From Dehalococcoidales bacterium (GTDB lineage Bacteria; Chloroflexota; Dehalococcoidia; Dehalococcoidales; RBG-16-60-22), in assembly GCA_002688435.1 (NCBI GenBank), contig NZCW01000011.1, positions 25,447 to 89,446 of the forward strand: a stretch of 64,000 nt of DNA, read 5' to 3'. This document shows, piece after piece, positions 10,345 through 20,189 of the stretch; positions within the stretch are counted from its first letter, which is position 1; the number at the start of each line of letters is the position of its first letter. Below the pieces are notes generated by a model. It ran no database searches and was not told the DNA's origin. It saw only the letters and a list, made by a program, of their open reading frames with translations. The position numbers and the translations under genes were made by a program.

Positions 10345-11502
10345 GTGATCCTTCTCTTTTTACTGGCGCACCTGTCCCATCACCTAGTGACCGCACTACC
10401 GGTACCGCTGCTGCCCTTTATCCGCGATGAATTCGCCCTTAACTATACCCAAGCCAGCCTAGTTACCGCTGCCTTCGGGATAGTTTACGGTGCCAGCCAG
10501 CTGCCGGCGGGGTGGCTGGCCGACCGCATCGGGCCCCGTACTTTGATTACCCTGATGGGCATTATCGGGGTAGCAGTGACCGGGTTTTTAGTCGGCCTTT
10601 CCCAGACTTACCTCATGCTAATTATCTGCCTGATGCTAATGGGGATACTGGGCGGGAGTTACCATCCGGCAGCCACCGCCATGATAACGACACTACTCAA
10701 GCCGGAAAACTGGGGGCGGGCGCTGGGCTTTCACATGGTGGGCGGCGGCCTCAGTTACTTCCTGATCCCGCTCATCGCCGCCGGCCTAGCCGCTGTGTGG
10801 GGCTGGCGCGGCGCCTTCATCGCCCTGACTATCCCCACTATCGCTTTCGGCGTGCTACTACACGTACTCCTGGGACGCCAAGCGCCCATAAAAAAAGTCG
10901 AACCCAAGACCGCCGGCAGCGCTGCGGAAACGCCGTTCGGCAAGAACCGATTTCGCCGCCTGATATCAATACTCATTATGAGCGCCTTCACCCAGGCAGT
11001 GGCCCTCTCCACGGTATCGCTCCTGCCATTGTACCTGGTTGACCACTTCAGCGTCAGCCGGGAGGTAGCAGCGGCTTCTATCTCCCTGGTCTATTCGGCC
11101 GGTCTCTGGGCGGGGCCGGTGGGCGGATATCTCTCTGACCACTGGAGCCGGATTACCATGATACTGATACCGTGTTTGGCCACCGGCCCCGTTATTTACC
11201 TACTCAATCAGGCACCTTACGGTATAGGTATCGGGGCAGTACTGGTCTTCATAGGCACAACCATATACGTCAACACCACCGCGGCACAGGCGTATATCGT
11301 GGATAATACCCCGGAGCGCACCCGCTCCACCATGCTCGGTATTTACTTCTTCGGCACCATGGAGGGACATGGCGTCCTGACACCGGTTATAGGCTATCTC
11401 TTTGACCGAGTCGGTTTCTACCTGAGCTTCACCATCGTTGGTGCCGCCGTACTAGCCGTATCCTTTATCTGCACCGGTCTTTTCTGGTCCAGTCGCGACT
11501 AG
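10345..11502 (+). CDS. MFS transporter
   Basis: Multiple hydrophobic helices; GWLADRIG and GYLSDHWS motif-A copies. Confidence 0.9.
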   Translation: MILLFLLAHLSHHLVTALPVPLLPFIRDEFALNYTQASLVTAAFGIVYGASQLPAGWLADRIGPRTLITLMGIIGVAVTGFLVGLSQTYLMLIICLMLMGILGGSYHPAATAMITTLLKPENWGRALGFHMVGGGLSYFLIPLIAAGLAAVWGWRGAFIALTIPTIAFGVLLHVLLGRQAPIKKVEPKTAGSAAETPFGKNRFRRLISILIMSAFTQAVALSTVSLLPLYLVDHFSVSREVAAASISLVYSAGLWAGPVGGYLSDHWSRITMILIPCLATGPVIYLLNQAPYGIGIGAVLVFIGTTIYVNTTAAQAYIVDNTPERTRSTMLGIYFFGTMEGHGVLTPVIGYLFDRVGFYLSFTIVGAAVLAVSFICTGLFWSSRD

Positions 11503-11524
11503 CCACCCACCGTTTTACCACTGA

Positions 11525-12661
11525 TTAACCCAGTGATTTTTCAATCACACCGATTTTCTCACCAGTCAGCGGCAGGTCAACGTTTTCCAGAACCGAGGTC
11601 ACCATCCGGAGATTCTCATTGGACACTAGGTTTTCCGTGGACATAGCGATAGTCAGTCTATCACCGGGCAGGACTTCCCGGAGAAGCTCCAAGGTGTGTT
11701 TCTTGGTCGCCTCCGGGCCGAGAGTATATACCGACCCGGCAAAGCCCATCCAGACAACTTTATCTTTCCAGAGGGAGAGCGCTTCACCTATCGGCAGGTC
11801 GCCCATGGGTGGCGGGTGCAGCCCCTCGACGATATCCAGTGGTGTTTGGGCAATCAGGTCTTTCAACACGTCCACCCGGCCGTCCATATGGGAGGCGAAA
11901 AGCTTTCCTTGCCTGTGGATAGGTTTGGCCATCTTCTCATACTCAGGCATAAAATACTGCTCAAAAAGCCTCGGGTTAACCAAGACGCCGTCAATATTGT
12001 CGCCGCACCAGATAACATCCGCCGGTGACCTGGCGCTGATTTCGTACATCGGCTCCCGGCTTTTCGATATGGCCCGGTAGAGGTCCTCAACCAGGTCATG
12101 GTACTTGGCGTAGTGGATGAAAAACCGGCCTCCCTCGCTCCCTATCCAGTCAATCATCAACATCTGCATCGGCGAGTGCGGGTGAATGTCAACGACGCAG
12201 CCATCTTCCCCTAGCCAGTCCTTAGCCTGTTCAATCGGGAAATAGTCAGCGGTGTATACCGTGTGTTCCACGATGAATTTGAGGACTTCATAGTCTTCCG
12301 GCTGCTTAATCAGGCGCTCCGTCTGCCACGGTGACACGTCCTGCCAACTACGCATGCCGTGCCATTCCCCGGTGCCGGGCTCCCGCTTCTCGTCCAGATA
12401 GATGGAACCCATGGGGGTATTATAGGTACGGCGTAGCACCTTAACTCCTTCCACCACTACCGGCTGCTCCACCACGTCCACGTCGCGTAATTCCACGGTG
12501 TAGCTCGGCCTAGCCCAAGCCATACCCATGCCTCGGTTACGGCACTCCCGTTCTGCCCAGCCAATCTGGCTGTGCCGCCACCAGTGAAAGAAAGGCAGTT
12601 TATCGGCCCGTTCCCCGCGGCTAGCCGTCAGTATTCTCTCCCGTCGTGTCATCTCGGTCAT
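11525..12661 (-). CDS. Uroporphyrinogen decarboxylase-family (MtaA/CmuA-like) protein, putative corrinoid methyltransferase
   Basis: MT.RERIL N-terminus, GDNIDG..P..F..Y..P.Y, SHMDG; directly downstream of a corrinoid protein. Confidence 0.7.
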   Translation of the reverse strand: MTEMTRRERILTASRGERADKLPFFHWWRHSQIGWAERECRNRGMGMAWARPSYTVELRDVDVVEQPVVVEGVKVLRRTYNTPMGSIYLDEKREPGTGEWHGMRSWQDVSPWQTERLIKQPEDYEVLKFIVEHTVYTADYFPIEQAKDWLGEDGCVVDIHPHSPMQMLMIDWIGSEGGRFFIHYAKYHDLVEDLYRAISKSREPMYEISARSPADVIWCGDNIDGVLVNPRLFEQYFMPEYEKMAKPIHRQGKLFASHMDGRVDVLKDLIAQTPLDIVEGLHPPPMGDLPIGEALSLWKDKVVWMGFAGSVYTLGPEATKKHTLELLREVLPGDRLTIAMSTENLVSNENLRMVTSVLENVDLPLTGEKIGVIEKSLG

Positions 12662-12662
12662 C

Positions 12663-13322
12663 TTACTGCCTCCTTTCCGAGGAAGTCACCCATTCCACAC
12701 ACTTTTTTACTCCTTCCAGCGCGTTGGCCGCTCTATGATCGGCGCCGATACGGTCGGCAAACTCCGTGGTCACCGATGTCCCCCCGATAATAATCTTGAC
12801 CTTTTCCCGGAGGCTGGCCGACTTCAAGGCTTCGATTACTTCCCCCATTTTAGTCATGGTTAAGGTAAGCAGAGCGGACATACCCACGATGGCCGGCTGG
12901 TGCTCTTTCACCGCACCGACTATCCGGGCGGTGGGAACATCAATTCCTAGGTCAAACACCTGAAAGCCCTGCACTCCCAACAGAGAAGTAACTATGTTTT
13001 TCCCGAGGTCATGGTGGTCACCCTCAACAGTAGCCATCACCACTTTCCCCAGACCTAGCGTGCTGCTTCCTTTAAGGTAAGGCTTCACCACTTCCACCCC
13101 TTCTTTCATTACCTCAGCGGCCACCACCAACTCGGACAGAAAGTACTCCCCTTTCTCAAACTTATCGCCGACCACGGCCATGCCGGCAACCATACCCTTG
13201 TTTATGGTGGCGTTCGGGTCCACGCCTGCAGCCATCGCCTCCTTCGCCGCGTTGACCACCGTCCCAAAGTCCAGATTGATAATGCCTTCTTTCAAAGATG
13301 ATAAATATTTCTCCACAGCCAA
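12663..13322 (-). CDS. Corrinoid (B12-binding) protein, MtaC/MtbC-like
   Basis: GM..VG.KFE.GEYFLSEL cap domain; GDHHDLGKN (DxHxxG); DLGIDVP; GMSALLT. Confidence 0.92.
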   Translation of the reverse strand: MAVEKYLSSLKEGIINLDFGTVVNAAKEAMAAGVDPNATINKGMVAGMAVVGDKFEKGEYFLSELVVAAEVMKEGVEVVKPYLKGSSTLGLGKVVMATVEGDHHDLGKNIVTSLLGVQGFQVFDLGIDVPTARIVGAVKEHQPAIVGMSALLTLTMTKMGEVIEALKSASLREKVKIIIGGTSVTTEFADRIGADHRAANALEGVKKCVEWVTSSERRQ

Positions 13323-13354
13323 TGGTTAACCTCCTATTCCTTAGAATAATTACT

Positions 13355-13383
13355 ATGTTAATCTCCAGCTATCGTCTTGTCAA
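13355..13383 (-). promoter_or_regulatory. Sigma70-type promoter for the corrinoid operon
   Basis: TTGACA-N17-TAACAT on minus strand. Confidence 0.65.
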
Positions 13384-13428
13384 TCTGATTTCTGGCCTGC
13401 CGGAACCAGGAACAGAAATGATATTGAT

Positions 13429-13702
13429 TTACGGTATCGCTGATGCTACTATGATGGAGGCGTCCCTCTTCTGACGCAGGGTATAGACCGGAGGTTCCCT
13501 TTCCACCAAGTACTCGCTGGCGTTAACGATTTCAATATCCAGACCCGATACGCCGTGATTGGCCAGCTCTTTGACCATCGTCTCCGACGGCCCGACTAGG
13601 GCAATTTGAACTCCGTACTTCCTGGTGGCCACCGCGGCGCCTTTGGCAACCTCTTCGGGGGCGTATGGTCGCCACACCCATATCAGCAACCGCTATTTTC
13701 AT
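13429..13702 (-). pseudogene. plsX: plsX N-terminal remnant, frameshifted and truncated
   Basis: MKIAVADMG, then shifted YAPEEVAKGA..IALVG..EIVNASEY..RQKRDASIIVA; ends after about 90 codons; TAATG overlap with upstream gene. Confidence 0.8.
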
Positions 13703-14127
13703 TATCCTTTCACCCTTACTACAGCTTCTCCGGTAATTACCGCCTCATCATTCTGGTTTTTACAGAGCACCTCGCAATTGACTAAGTTTCGGTCTTCGCT
13801 CTTTTCCACCCGTCTTACCTTACCGCTGGCCGTTATGGTGTCACCGGGGCGGGCCGGGGCTTTGAACCTAACGATGAGTTTACCATCGGAAACCCAGCTT
13901 TCCTCGAAGGCAGCGGTCATCATCTGAGAAATATAAGCCAAGATTAACATACCGTGGGCCACGGTGCCGCCCAGCGGCGTCTGCCGGGCGTAGTCCGCAT
14001 CTATATGGATGGGATTAAAATCCCTACTGACCTCGGCATACCGGTTAATATTCTCTTGGCGGACGACCTTTTTTATCTCTGGGAGGTCCATTCCTTCTTT
14101 CAATTGAGAAAGGTTTATCATTAGCAT
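13702..14127 (-). CDS. MaoC-family (R)-specific acyl dehydratase
   Basis: YAEVSRDFNPIHID and VAHGML motifs. Confidence 0.88.
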   Translation of the reverse strand: MLMINLSQLKEGMDLPEIKKVVRQENINRYAEVSRDFNPIHIDADYARQTPLGGTVAHGMLILAYISQMMTAAFEESWVSDGKLIVRFKAPARPGDTITASGKVRRVEKSEDRNLVNCEVLCKNQNDEAVITGEAVVRVKG

Positions 14128-14145
14128 CCCTTACACGGCTGTTTA

Positions 14146-14559
14146 TTATTCCACCTTAGGCAGGACAAAACTCGTCTTCCCGGTCAGTACTTCTTTCTCG
14201 GCCTGGTTAAAAACATTAAGGTCAATGGTCAGCAGGCACAGTTTACCACGGTCCTGTTTCCGGACCACTCCAGCATGGCTAGTGAGGATATCACTGGTGC
14301 TAACAGTGTTGTTGAATTCCAACTCTTGGGAGACGTGAATGGCCCCAGCGGGAAACGAAATGTGCTCCGATAATAACGCCATGACCAGAGCGGCCACGGC
14401 CATAGGTGGCACCAGCCCGGTACCCCAGTACAGGTGGCTGGTTTCCTCAACCACCCCGAGGTAGGCGCTTGCCGTAGCGGCATCCACTTGACAACCGGAC
14501 GGCGGGAACTGGTAACCCGCGTCCAGCTGACGGTACTCGACCTTACGCTGTTCTGCCAT
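14146..14559 (-). CDS. Hotdog-fold MaoC-like partner subunit
   Basis: VPP.A, GAIHVSQELEF pattern; adjacent to catalytic MaoC gene. Confidence 0.75.
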   Translation of the reverse strand: MAEQRKVEYRQLDAGYQFPPSGCQVDAATASAYLGVVEETSHLYWGTGLVPPMAVAALVMALLSEHISFPAGAIHVSQELEFNNTVSTSDILTSHAGVVRKQDRGKLCLLTIDLNVFNQAEKEVLTGKTSFVLPKVE

Positions 14560-14640
14560 ACACACTCCAGCTATTACTTGAACCAGGTCAAAGATACCTG
14601 AAATCCTAATACATAGAGTATCTAGGTATTCAGCTTCGTA

Positions 14641-14669
14641 ATATTATCGCCAATAAATGTCTTTGTCAA
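14641..14669 (-). promoter_or_regulatory. Sigma70-type promoter
   Basis: TTGACA-N17-TAATAT on minus strand upstream of maoC pair. Confidence 0.65.
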
Positions 14670-14717
14670 GAGCCGCGATAACCTGAATTTTAAGGGAAAT
14701 CTTTCTCCACTGGTGCT

Positions 14718-15779
14718 TCAGGACGATATGCCAAGCGGCATCTTTACCTCGAACCTCTCGGCGACCGCCCGCAGCCGGCTCAGCGTTCCCTCAGGGAGAG
14801 GAATACCGTTTTTCCAGCGGTCGTCATAGGTCCGGTTCCCTGACTCACCGGGAACCTGTATTTCGCTGAAGCCTTGGTCTTTGGGCAGGGCCTTGAGACC
14901 ATCGATAAGATTATCAATATGATCCCGGTAATCTGCCACGTCAGTGAAGGCGCCGATATTAATGGCCGCGACGACGCTGTTCTGGATATGGTGTCCGTGT
15001 TGTTTTTCCTTACCCAGCAGCACCGACTCCAACAGCGGTTTGTTGACTATTAAACTGGATAGGCACTCCAGCATAATGGCCAGCCCGGAACCTTTCGGGC
15101 CACCGAAAGGTAACAGGGCCGCCACTTGCCTGGGGTCGGTGGTCATCTTGCCTTCCTTATCCAGCGCCCATCCTTCCGGTATGGGAATACCTTTATCGAT
15201 AGCGAGGGCAATTTTCCCGCCGGCGGCCACGCTGGTGGCCATATCCAGCAGCAGCGGGCGGTGGCGTTTCGCTGGCGCGGCGATGGTTATCGGGCTGTTG
15301 TCCACCCCAGCCACCCGGGCACCGTAGGGGGCCATACCAGGCGGGGTGCAAACGAAAGCGATACCCACCATCCTCTTCTCCACCGCCATCAGCGAGTAGT
15401 AGCCCATAGCTCCCTGGTGTGAGGTATTGCGGATAAACACCCAACCGATACCGGCCGCCTTCGCTTTTTCTATCGCCTTCTCCATAGCAAAAGTAGTCAC
15501 CACCGGACCGAAAGCGAGATCGGCTTCAACTACCATAGTAGCAGGTGTCTCCTGCACAACCTGGATACCAGGCTTCGGATTCATGTAACCGCCGTCCACT
15601 TCCTCCACATAAAACGGAATCTGCAATACACCGTGAGAATCCACCCCCCGCAAATTAGCCCACACCAACACCGTAGCCTCGGTTTCCGCATCCCAGGAAG
15701 GCATACCGATCCGGATAAACACTTCCCGGGTAAAATCTTTCAATTGCTCCCAGCCTACTCTAACTTCATTCTGTACCAT
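14718..15779 (-). CDS. Ldh_2-family (ComC/AllD-like) 2-hydroxyacid dehydrogenase
   Basis: LRGVDSHG, RNTSHQGA, LDMATS, LPFGGPKGSGL, VPGE motifs. Confidence 0.9.
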   Translation of the reverse strand: MVQNEVRVGWEQLKDFTREVFIRIGMPSWDAETEATVLVWANLRGVDSHGVLQIPFYVEEVDGGYMNPKPGIQVVQETPATMVVEADLAFGPVVTTFAMEKAIEKAKAAGIGWVFIRNTSHQGAMGYYSLMAVEKRMVGIAFVCTPPGMAPYGARVAGVDNSPITIAAPAKRHRPLLLDMATSVAAGGKIALAIDKGIPIPEGWALDKEGKMTTDPRQVAALLPFGGPKGSGLAIMLECLSSLIVNKPLLESVLLGKEKQHGHHIQNSVVAAINIGAFTDVADYRDHIDNLIDGLKALPKDQGFSEIQVPGESGNRTYDDRWKNGIPLPEGTLSRLRAVAERFEVKMPLGISS

Positions 15780-15811
15780 AATGCCTCCCTTAATTTTCAC
15801 CTGATTGATTT

Positions 15812-15897
15812 ATTGTAAAGAGCCGACCTCGATAAGTCAACGAGTGCAAAACGCACCATACCTGACGCTTGACAAAAAAAGCTCAGCCCGTTAAGGT
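15812..15897. promoter_or_regulatory. Back-to-back sigma70 promoters
   Basis: Minus: TTGACT-N17-TACAAT (15840-15812); plus: TTGACA-N17-TAAGGT (15869-15897). Confidence 0.7.
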
Positions 15898-15948
15898 ATC
15901 TTCTGTTGAAGCAACACTGACCATGTCAGGTATTACGGGAGGGTACGG

Positions 15949-16719
15949 ATGAAAGACGCGTTTAGCCTTCAGGACAAGGTGGCTATTGTCACCGGCGGCA
16001 ACGGAGGCATCGGCAAAGCCATTACCCGTGGGATGGCGGCCGCGGGGGCTGACCTGGCCATTGCCGCACGCAATGAGACCAAGACGGAAGAAGCCGTCCG
16101 TGAAATTCAGGAAGAATTCGGCACTAAAGCTATCGGCCTAAAAGTAGACCTACAGCAAGAGGCTCAGATTCACGCTATGGCAGCCAAAGTTCTGAAGACT
16201 TTCGGGCGTATCGACATCCTGATAAACAATGCCGGGACAAACATTCGCAAGCTACCGCAGGATTACACCGCCGCCGAGTGGGACGAGGTCTTGAATACCA
16301 ACCTGCGCGGCGCTTTCCTGTGCTCGCAGGCAGTCTACCCGGCGATGAAGTCAGCCGGTAGGGGGAAAGTCATCAGTATTGGCTCGATGACTTCCCTTTT
16401 CGGTGGGGCCAAAGTGGTGCTCTATGGCATCAGCAAGGGCGGCATAGTCCAGATGACGCGGGGACTTGCCGTCGCCTGGGCGCCGGACAACATTCAGGTG
16501 AACGCCATCCTGCCCGGATTCATCAATACGGACCTCTCGCGGCAGGCCAGAAAGGATGTTCCCGAACTCGAGACGCAAGTTATCTCCCGCACTCCGGTGA
16601 AGCGCTGGGGTGAACCGGAGGAGATGGCTGGGGCCGCCGTCTTCCTAGCCAGCCAAGCGTCTGACTTCATCACGGGCGTAGCACTACCGGCCGACGGTGG
16701 CTATTCGATTATACTGTGA
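15949..16719 (+). CDS. Short-chain dehydrogenase/reductase (KduD/gluconate 5-dehydrogenase-like)
   Basis: TGGNGGIG, NNAG, YGISK, NAILPG. Confidence 0.92.
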   Translation: MKDAFSLQDKVAIVTGGNGGIGKAITRGMAAAGADLAIAARNETKTEEAVREIQEEFGTKAIGLKVDLQQEAQIHAMAAKVLKTFGRIDILINNAGTNIRKLPQDYTAAEWDEVLNTNLRGAFLCSQAVYPAMKSAGRGKVISIGSMTSLFGGAKVVLYGISKGGIVQMTRGLAVAWAPDNIQVNAILPGFINTDLSRQARKDVPELETQVISRTPVKRWGEPEEMAGAAVFLASQASDFITGVALPADGGYSIIL

Positions 16720-16729
16720 CTCAAAAACA

Positions 16730-16973
16730 GAGGGTAACACGCCTTACTATGCGGTGCAGTGAGCTGCCAGCCGTTCCCGGACCAGCGCCACCACCTCCAG
16801 AGGATATTCGGCGATATCCTCACTTGGACCTTAACAACCGCGGGCAGCCATATTACCTCCGCCTTCCAACACACCTCCCAATGACTACCCGCGACCCCAT
16901 AGTCCGGAACGGGAATACCCTCCCAGCGGAATAAGTCGCTGTCCTCAAACTCGTACAGTTTCACGGCAGTTAC
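16730..16973 (-). pseudogene. Possible MDR/quinone-oxidoreductase remnant
   Basis: AVKLYEFEDSDLFRWEGIPVP resembles an MDR N-terminus and IAEYPLEVVALVRERL an MDR C-terminus, in different frames. Confidence 0.4.
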
Positions 16974-17102
16974 CCAGCAAACATCGCTGAAGAAGCCGAG
17001 TGACACTCCGGGCGAGACTTATAGACACACGCCGCCTTTTGTGATAAGCTACATAAAAAATCGGGTTTGGCTGGGTACCGATGAACCGGTCAAGGAGAAA
17101 AA

Positions 17103-17323
17103 ATGGAACCCAGTATTGCTATGATGACCAAACTAAATGCGTTCCTACCCCCTTCCAAAATCATCCTGGGTATCCCACCTAAGATAAGTGCTTATGGCGT
17201 CACCAAGAGAGATGTCCCTCAGCTGGTGACCAGCGCCATGAAAATAAGCCGCCTGATTCCCCCGAACCCGAGAAAAACCTGACCGAAGAGGACGTGAAGA
17301 ATATTTATACCCGCGCCCTTTGA
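17103..17323 (+). pseudogene. Iron-containing alcohol dehydrogenase remnant with large internal deletion
   Basis: GGAG RBS + N-terminus FLPPSKIILG joined directly to C-terminus GIPPKISAYGV..DVPQLV..NPR, frameshift, LTEEDVKNIYTRAL*. Confidence 0.8.
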
Positions 17324-17498
17324 GCATCGTTTGGTTCTACCGAGCGGCCCAGAGCCACCAGAAGCAACCGGCTGTGGTTCCCTCATATCACACACAACAT
17401 AACATGGCCATCCGGCTCACCCTATTAGCCTTTTGTGGCTTTTAGAGATAAGTACCGGGCGCGATAATGATAATTGGTAACTTGAAGGAGAGAAGACT

Positions 17499-19520
17499 AT
17501 GCCACTAATAAATTCTAGGACTGGAAAAGTTTATCGGACGTACTCTGTGGAAGAGTTGGAAGAGGCAGCCAATCTCATGAGGGGCTACAGCCTGATTGCC
17601 TTGGGTGCCGCCGGTTCAGGGCATTCCGGAGGCACGTTATCCCTCATAGATGTCGCCGCGGCACTTTACCTGCATGAGGCGAACCTTGACCCCAAGGACC
17701 CCTTCTGGCCGAACCGCGATAGAATTTTCTGGTCCGCCGGACACAAGGCGCCCATCCTGTACACCAGCCTGGGTATGGCTGGTTTCTTTGATATCGAAGA
17801 AGTAGCTACCCTCCGTAAACTCCATTCCCCGTTTCAAGGGCACCCCCACTGGCTCAAGCTCAAAGGTGTGGAAGCGTCCAGCGGATCGCTGGGTCAAGGA
17901 CTGTCTTTTTCCATTGGAGACGCCCTCGCCGCGAGACTGGACCAGCAAAACTACCGCGTGTATTGCCTGATGGGTGACGGCGAACAGCAGGAAGGCCAGG
18001 TCTGGGAGGCGGCCATGGAAGCCTGTCACTACAAACTGGATAACTTGTGTGCCATTGTGGATAAAAATCGTCTTCAGATAGACGGGTGCATTGATGACGT
18101 CATGTGCATTGACCCGCTAGCCGATAAATACCGGTCTTTCGGGTGGCATGTTATCGAAATTGACGGCCATGACATAAAACAGATTCTGGATGCTTTTAAA
18201 AAAGCGAAAGAGACGAAAGGAAAGCCTTCTCTGATTATAGCTCATTCCACCAAAGGCAAGGGAGTCAGCTTCATGGAAGATGTTTGCGGCTGGCACGGCA
18301 AGGCACCCAGTATTGAGGAAATGCGGGACGCCTTACAACAACTCGGGCTTAACCGAAAGCTGCCGGTAGAGAAACTACTAGCGAAAGCGGCCGATTATCA
18401 GAAAAAGGTAACGGAAGAGCTCGAAGCCAAGCAGCCGAAATTCTCCCAGAACTACTTCTGGAACTCCGGGGAGACCATGAAAGTAGAGATGGTCGCCACC
18501 AGAATGGGATTCGGCCGAGCCCTCGCCGAACATGGTGATGACCCGCGGATAGTCTGCCTCGGCGCCGATATCTCTGATTCCATTACCATTAGCCAGTTCT
18601 ACAAGGACTACCCTGAGCGCTCGGAACGCTGGTTATCCATGGGTATTGCCGAACAGTCCGGGACCTGTGTAGCCGCCGGACTGGCCAAGGAAGGGAAATT
18701 ACCTATTTTCGGGACTTACGGGGTCTTCGCTTCAGGGAGGAACTTGGACCAGCTGAGGACTACCGTTTGTTACGGTAATTTCAACGTGATGATTGCCGGG
18801 GCTCACGGCGGGGTATCGGTAGGGGCTGACGGCGCCACCCACCAAGCGCTGGAGGAACTGTTCCAGATGTGCGGTTTACCCAATATGCACGTTGAGGTCC
18901 CGTGCGACGTTACGGAAACTAAGCGGGCCACGGAATATACGCTCTTTAACATCACCGGTCCCAAATACCTGAGGTTTGCCCGTGAGGCCACACCGGTAGT
19001 TACCAGCGACAACACTCCTTATAAATGGGGGGAGGCCAACGTCATCCGCTTTCGGCGCGAAGAGAAAAAATTCATAGACGCTTACGAACATTACCTGTCT
19101 TCACAATATAAAAGCGAAGACGAGGATATTGCCGTTATCGCCTGCGGTCCATCAACGACGGAAGCGATGCGGGCCGCCTGGATTCTGAAAAAAGAATATA
19201 ACCTAGAAACAAGAATACTCAACGTACACACCGTGAAGCCCCTAGATGAAAAGGCCATCGCCAGCGCCGCGAAAGGCTGCGGGGTAGTTATCACCGCGGA
19301 AGAACACCAGACCGGTGGACTGGGGAACCTAGTGGCCGCTGCCATCGGACGCTCCGCAGAAGTGTACGGCACGCCGGTTATTATGGGAATGATCGGCGTA
19401 CAGGACCGCTTTGGTGAGTCGGGAGCGCCCTGGGAGCTGATGAAGGAGTTTGAGCTCTCCGCGGAGCATATTGCGGCCAAAGCGAAAAAGCTGCACGACT
19501 TAAAATTAGCCAGAGGTTAA
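17499..19520 (+). CDS. tkt: Transketolase (single chain)
   Basis: SGHSGG, SAGHK, QGHP, GSLGQG, GDGE..EGQVWEA, GIAEQ, DGATHQ. Confidence 0.93.
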   Translation: MPLINSRTGKVYRTYSVEELEEAANLMRGYSLIALGAAGSGHSGGTLSLIDVAAALYLHEANLDPKDPFWPNRDRIFWSAGHKAPILYTSLGMAGFFDIEEVATLRKLHSPFQGHPHWLKLKGVEASSGSLGQGLSFSIGDALAARLDQQNYRVYCLMGDGEQQEGQVWEAAMEACHYKLDNLCAIVDKNRLQIDGCIDDVMCIDPLADKYRSFGWHVIEIDGHDIKQILDAFKKAKETKGKPSLIIAHSTKGKGVSFMEDVCGWHGKAPSIEEMRDALQQLGLNRKLPVEKLLAKAADYQKKVTEELEAKQPKFSQNYFWNSGETMKVEMVATRMGFGRALAEHGDDPRIVCLGADISDSITISQFYKDYPERSERWLSMGIAEQSGTCVAAGLAKEGKLPIFGTYGVFASGRNLDQLRTTVCYGNFNVMIAGAHGGVSVGADGATHQALEELFQMCGLPNMHVEVPCDVTETKRATEYTLFNITGPKYLRFAREATPVVTSDNTPYKWGEANVIRFRREEKKFIDAYEHYLSSQYKSEDEDIAVIACGPSTTEAMRAAWILKKEYNLETRILNVHTVKPLDEKAIASAAKGCGVVITAEEHQTGGLGNLVAAAIGRSAEVYGTPVIMGMIGVQDRFGESGAPWELMKEFELSAEHIAAKAKKLHDLKLARG

Positions 19521-19759
19521 CCTCGCAAGCAATATAGCTTGGCATTACTTCGGTGTCTCTCCAGAGCGACCTCCGAAGGTGCAGTCGTGGTTACATTCTG
19601 CGCACCCGGGGATGGTCACGGCTACTCTGGCATCTATACTAGACGGCTCGGCCAAGTATTCCCTATTGTTGACTAAAGCAAGCCTATAGGATAGACTCTG
19701 GTTAAACCATCTAGCATAGTCTGCTCCATTGCCTGCACTTGATAGAAAGACTTTTACTG

Positions 19760-20060
19760 ATGGGTAAACGTTCACGTTTCTTCTATGGCTGGGTTATCGT
19801 CATTGTCGGCGTCTTGATTATGACCTTGGCTTACGGCGTTCGCTATTCCTTTTCGGTATTCTTCTCTTCTCTTTTAGAGCAGTTCTAGTAGTCACGGGAT
19901 TTGACCGCAGCGATACTCCCTTTCCAGATGCTGACTTACGGAATCTCGGCCCCGATAGCCGGTGCCCTGGGACCGATTGGGACCAAAGAAAACCATGGGC
20001 CTGGGAGCCGTTTTACTCGCTCTGGGAGCAGCCACCTCAAGCCTCGGCTGGCAGCTGGTC
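19760..20060 (+). pseudogene. MFS transporter pseudogene (N-terminal part)
   Basis: MGKRSRFFYGWVIV..YSFSVFF..LEQF**SR with tandem TAG at 19886-19891, frameshift before DRLGPKK, then truncation; TTGACT-N17-TAGACT promoter upstream. Confidence 0.85.
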
Positions 20061-20189
20061 TATTTATGGGGGTCCGAGGGTATGACCCTGGAGCTGGTGC
20101 AGGCACCGAAATAGTCGTGCATGGCGGCGACGATCCTAAAGCAAAATGATACCAAGATGGCAATACCATGAAAAAGGAGGTTATTTCAT

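Noticed and set aside
19545-19775. 76-aa minus-strand ORF with CxxCxxxC
   Set aside because: No RBS, overlaps the promoter of the MFS pseudogene, no recognisable family
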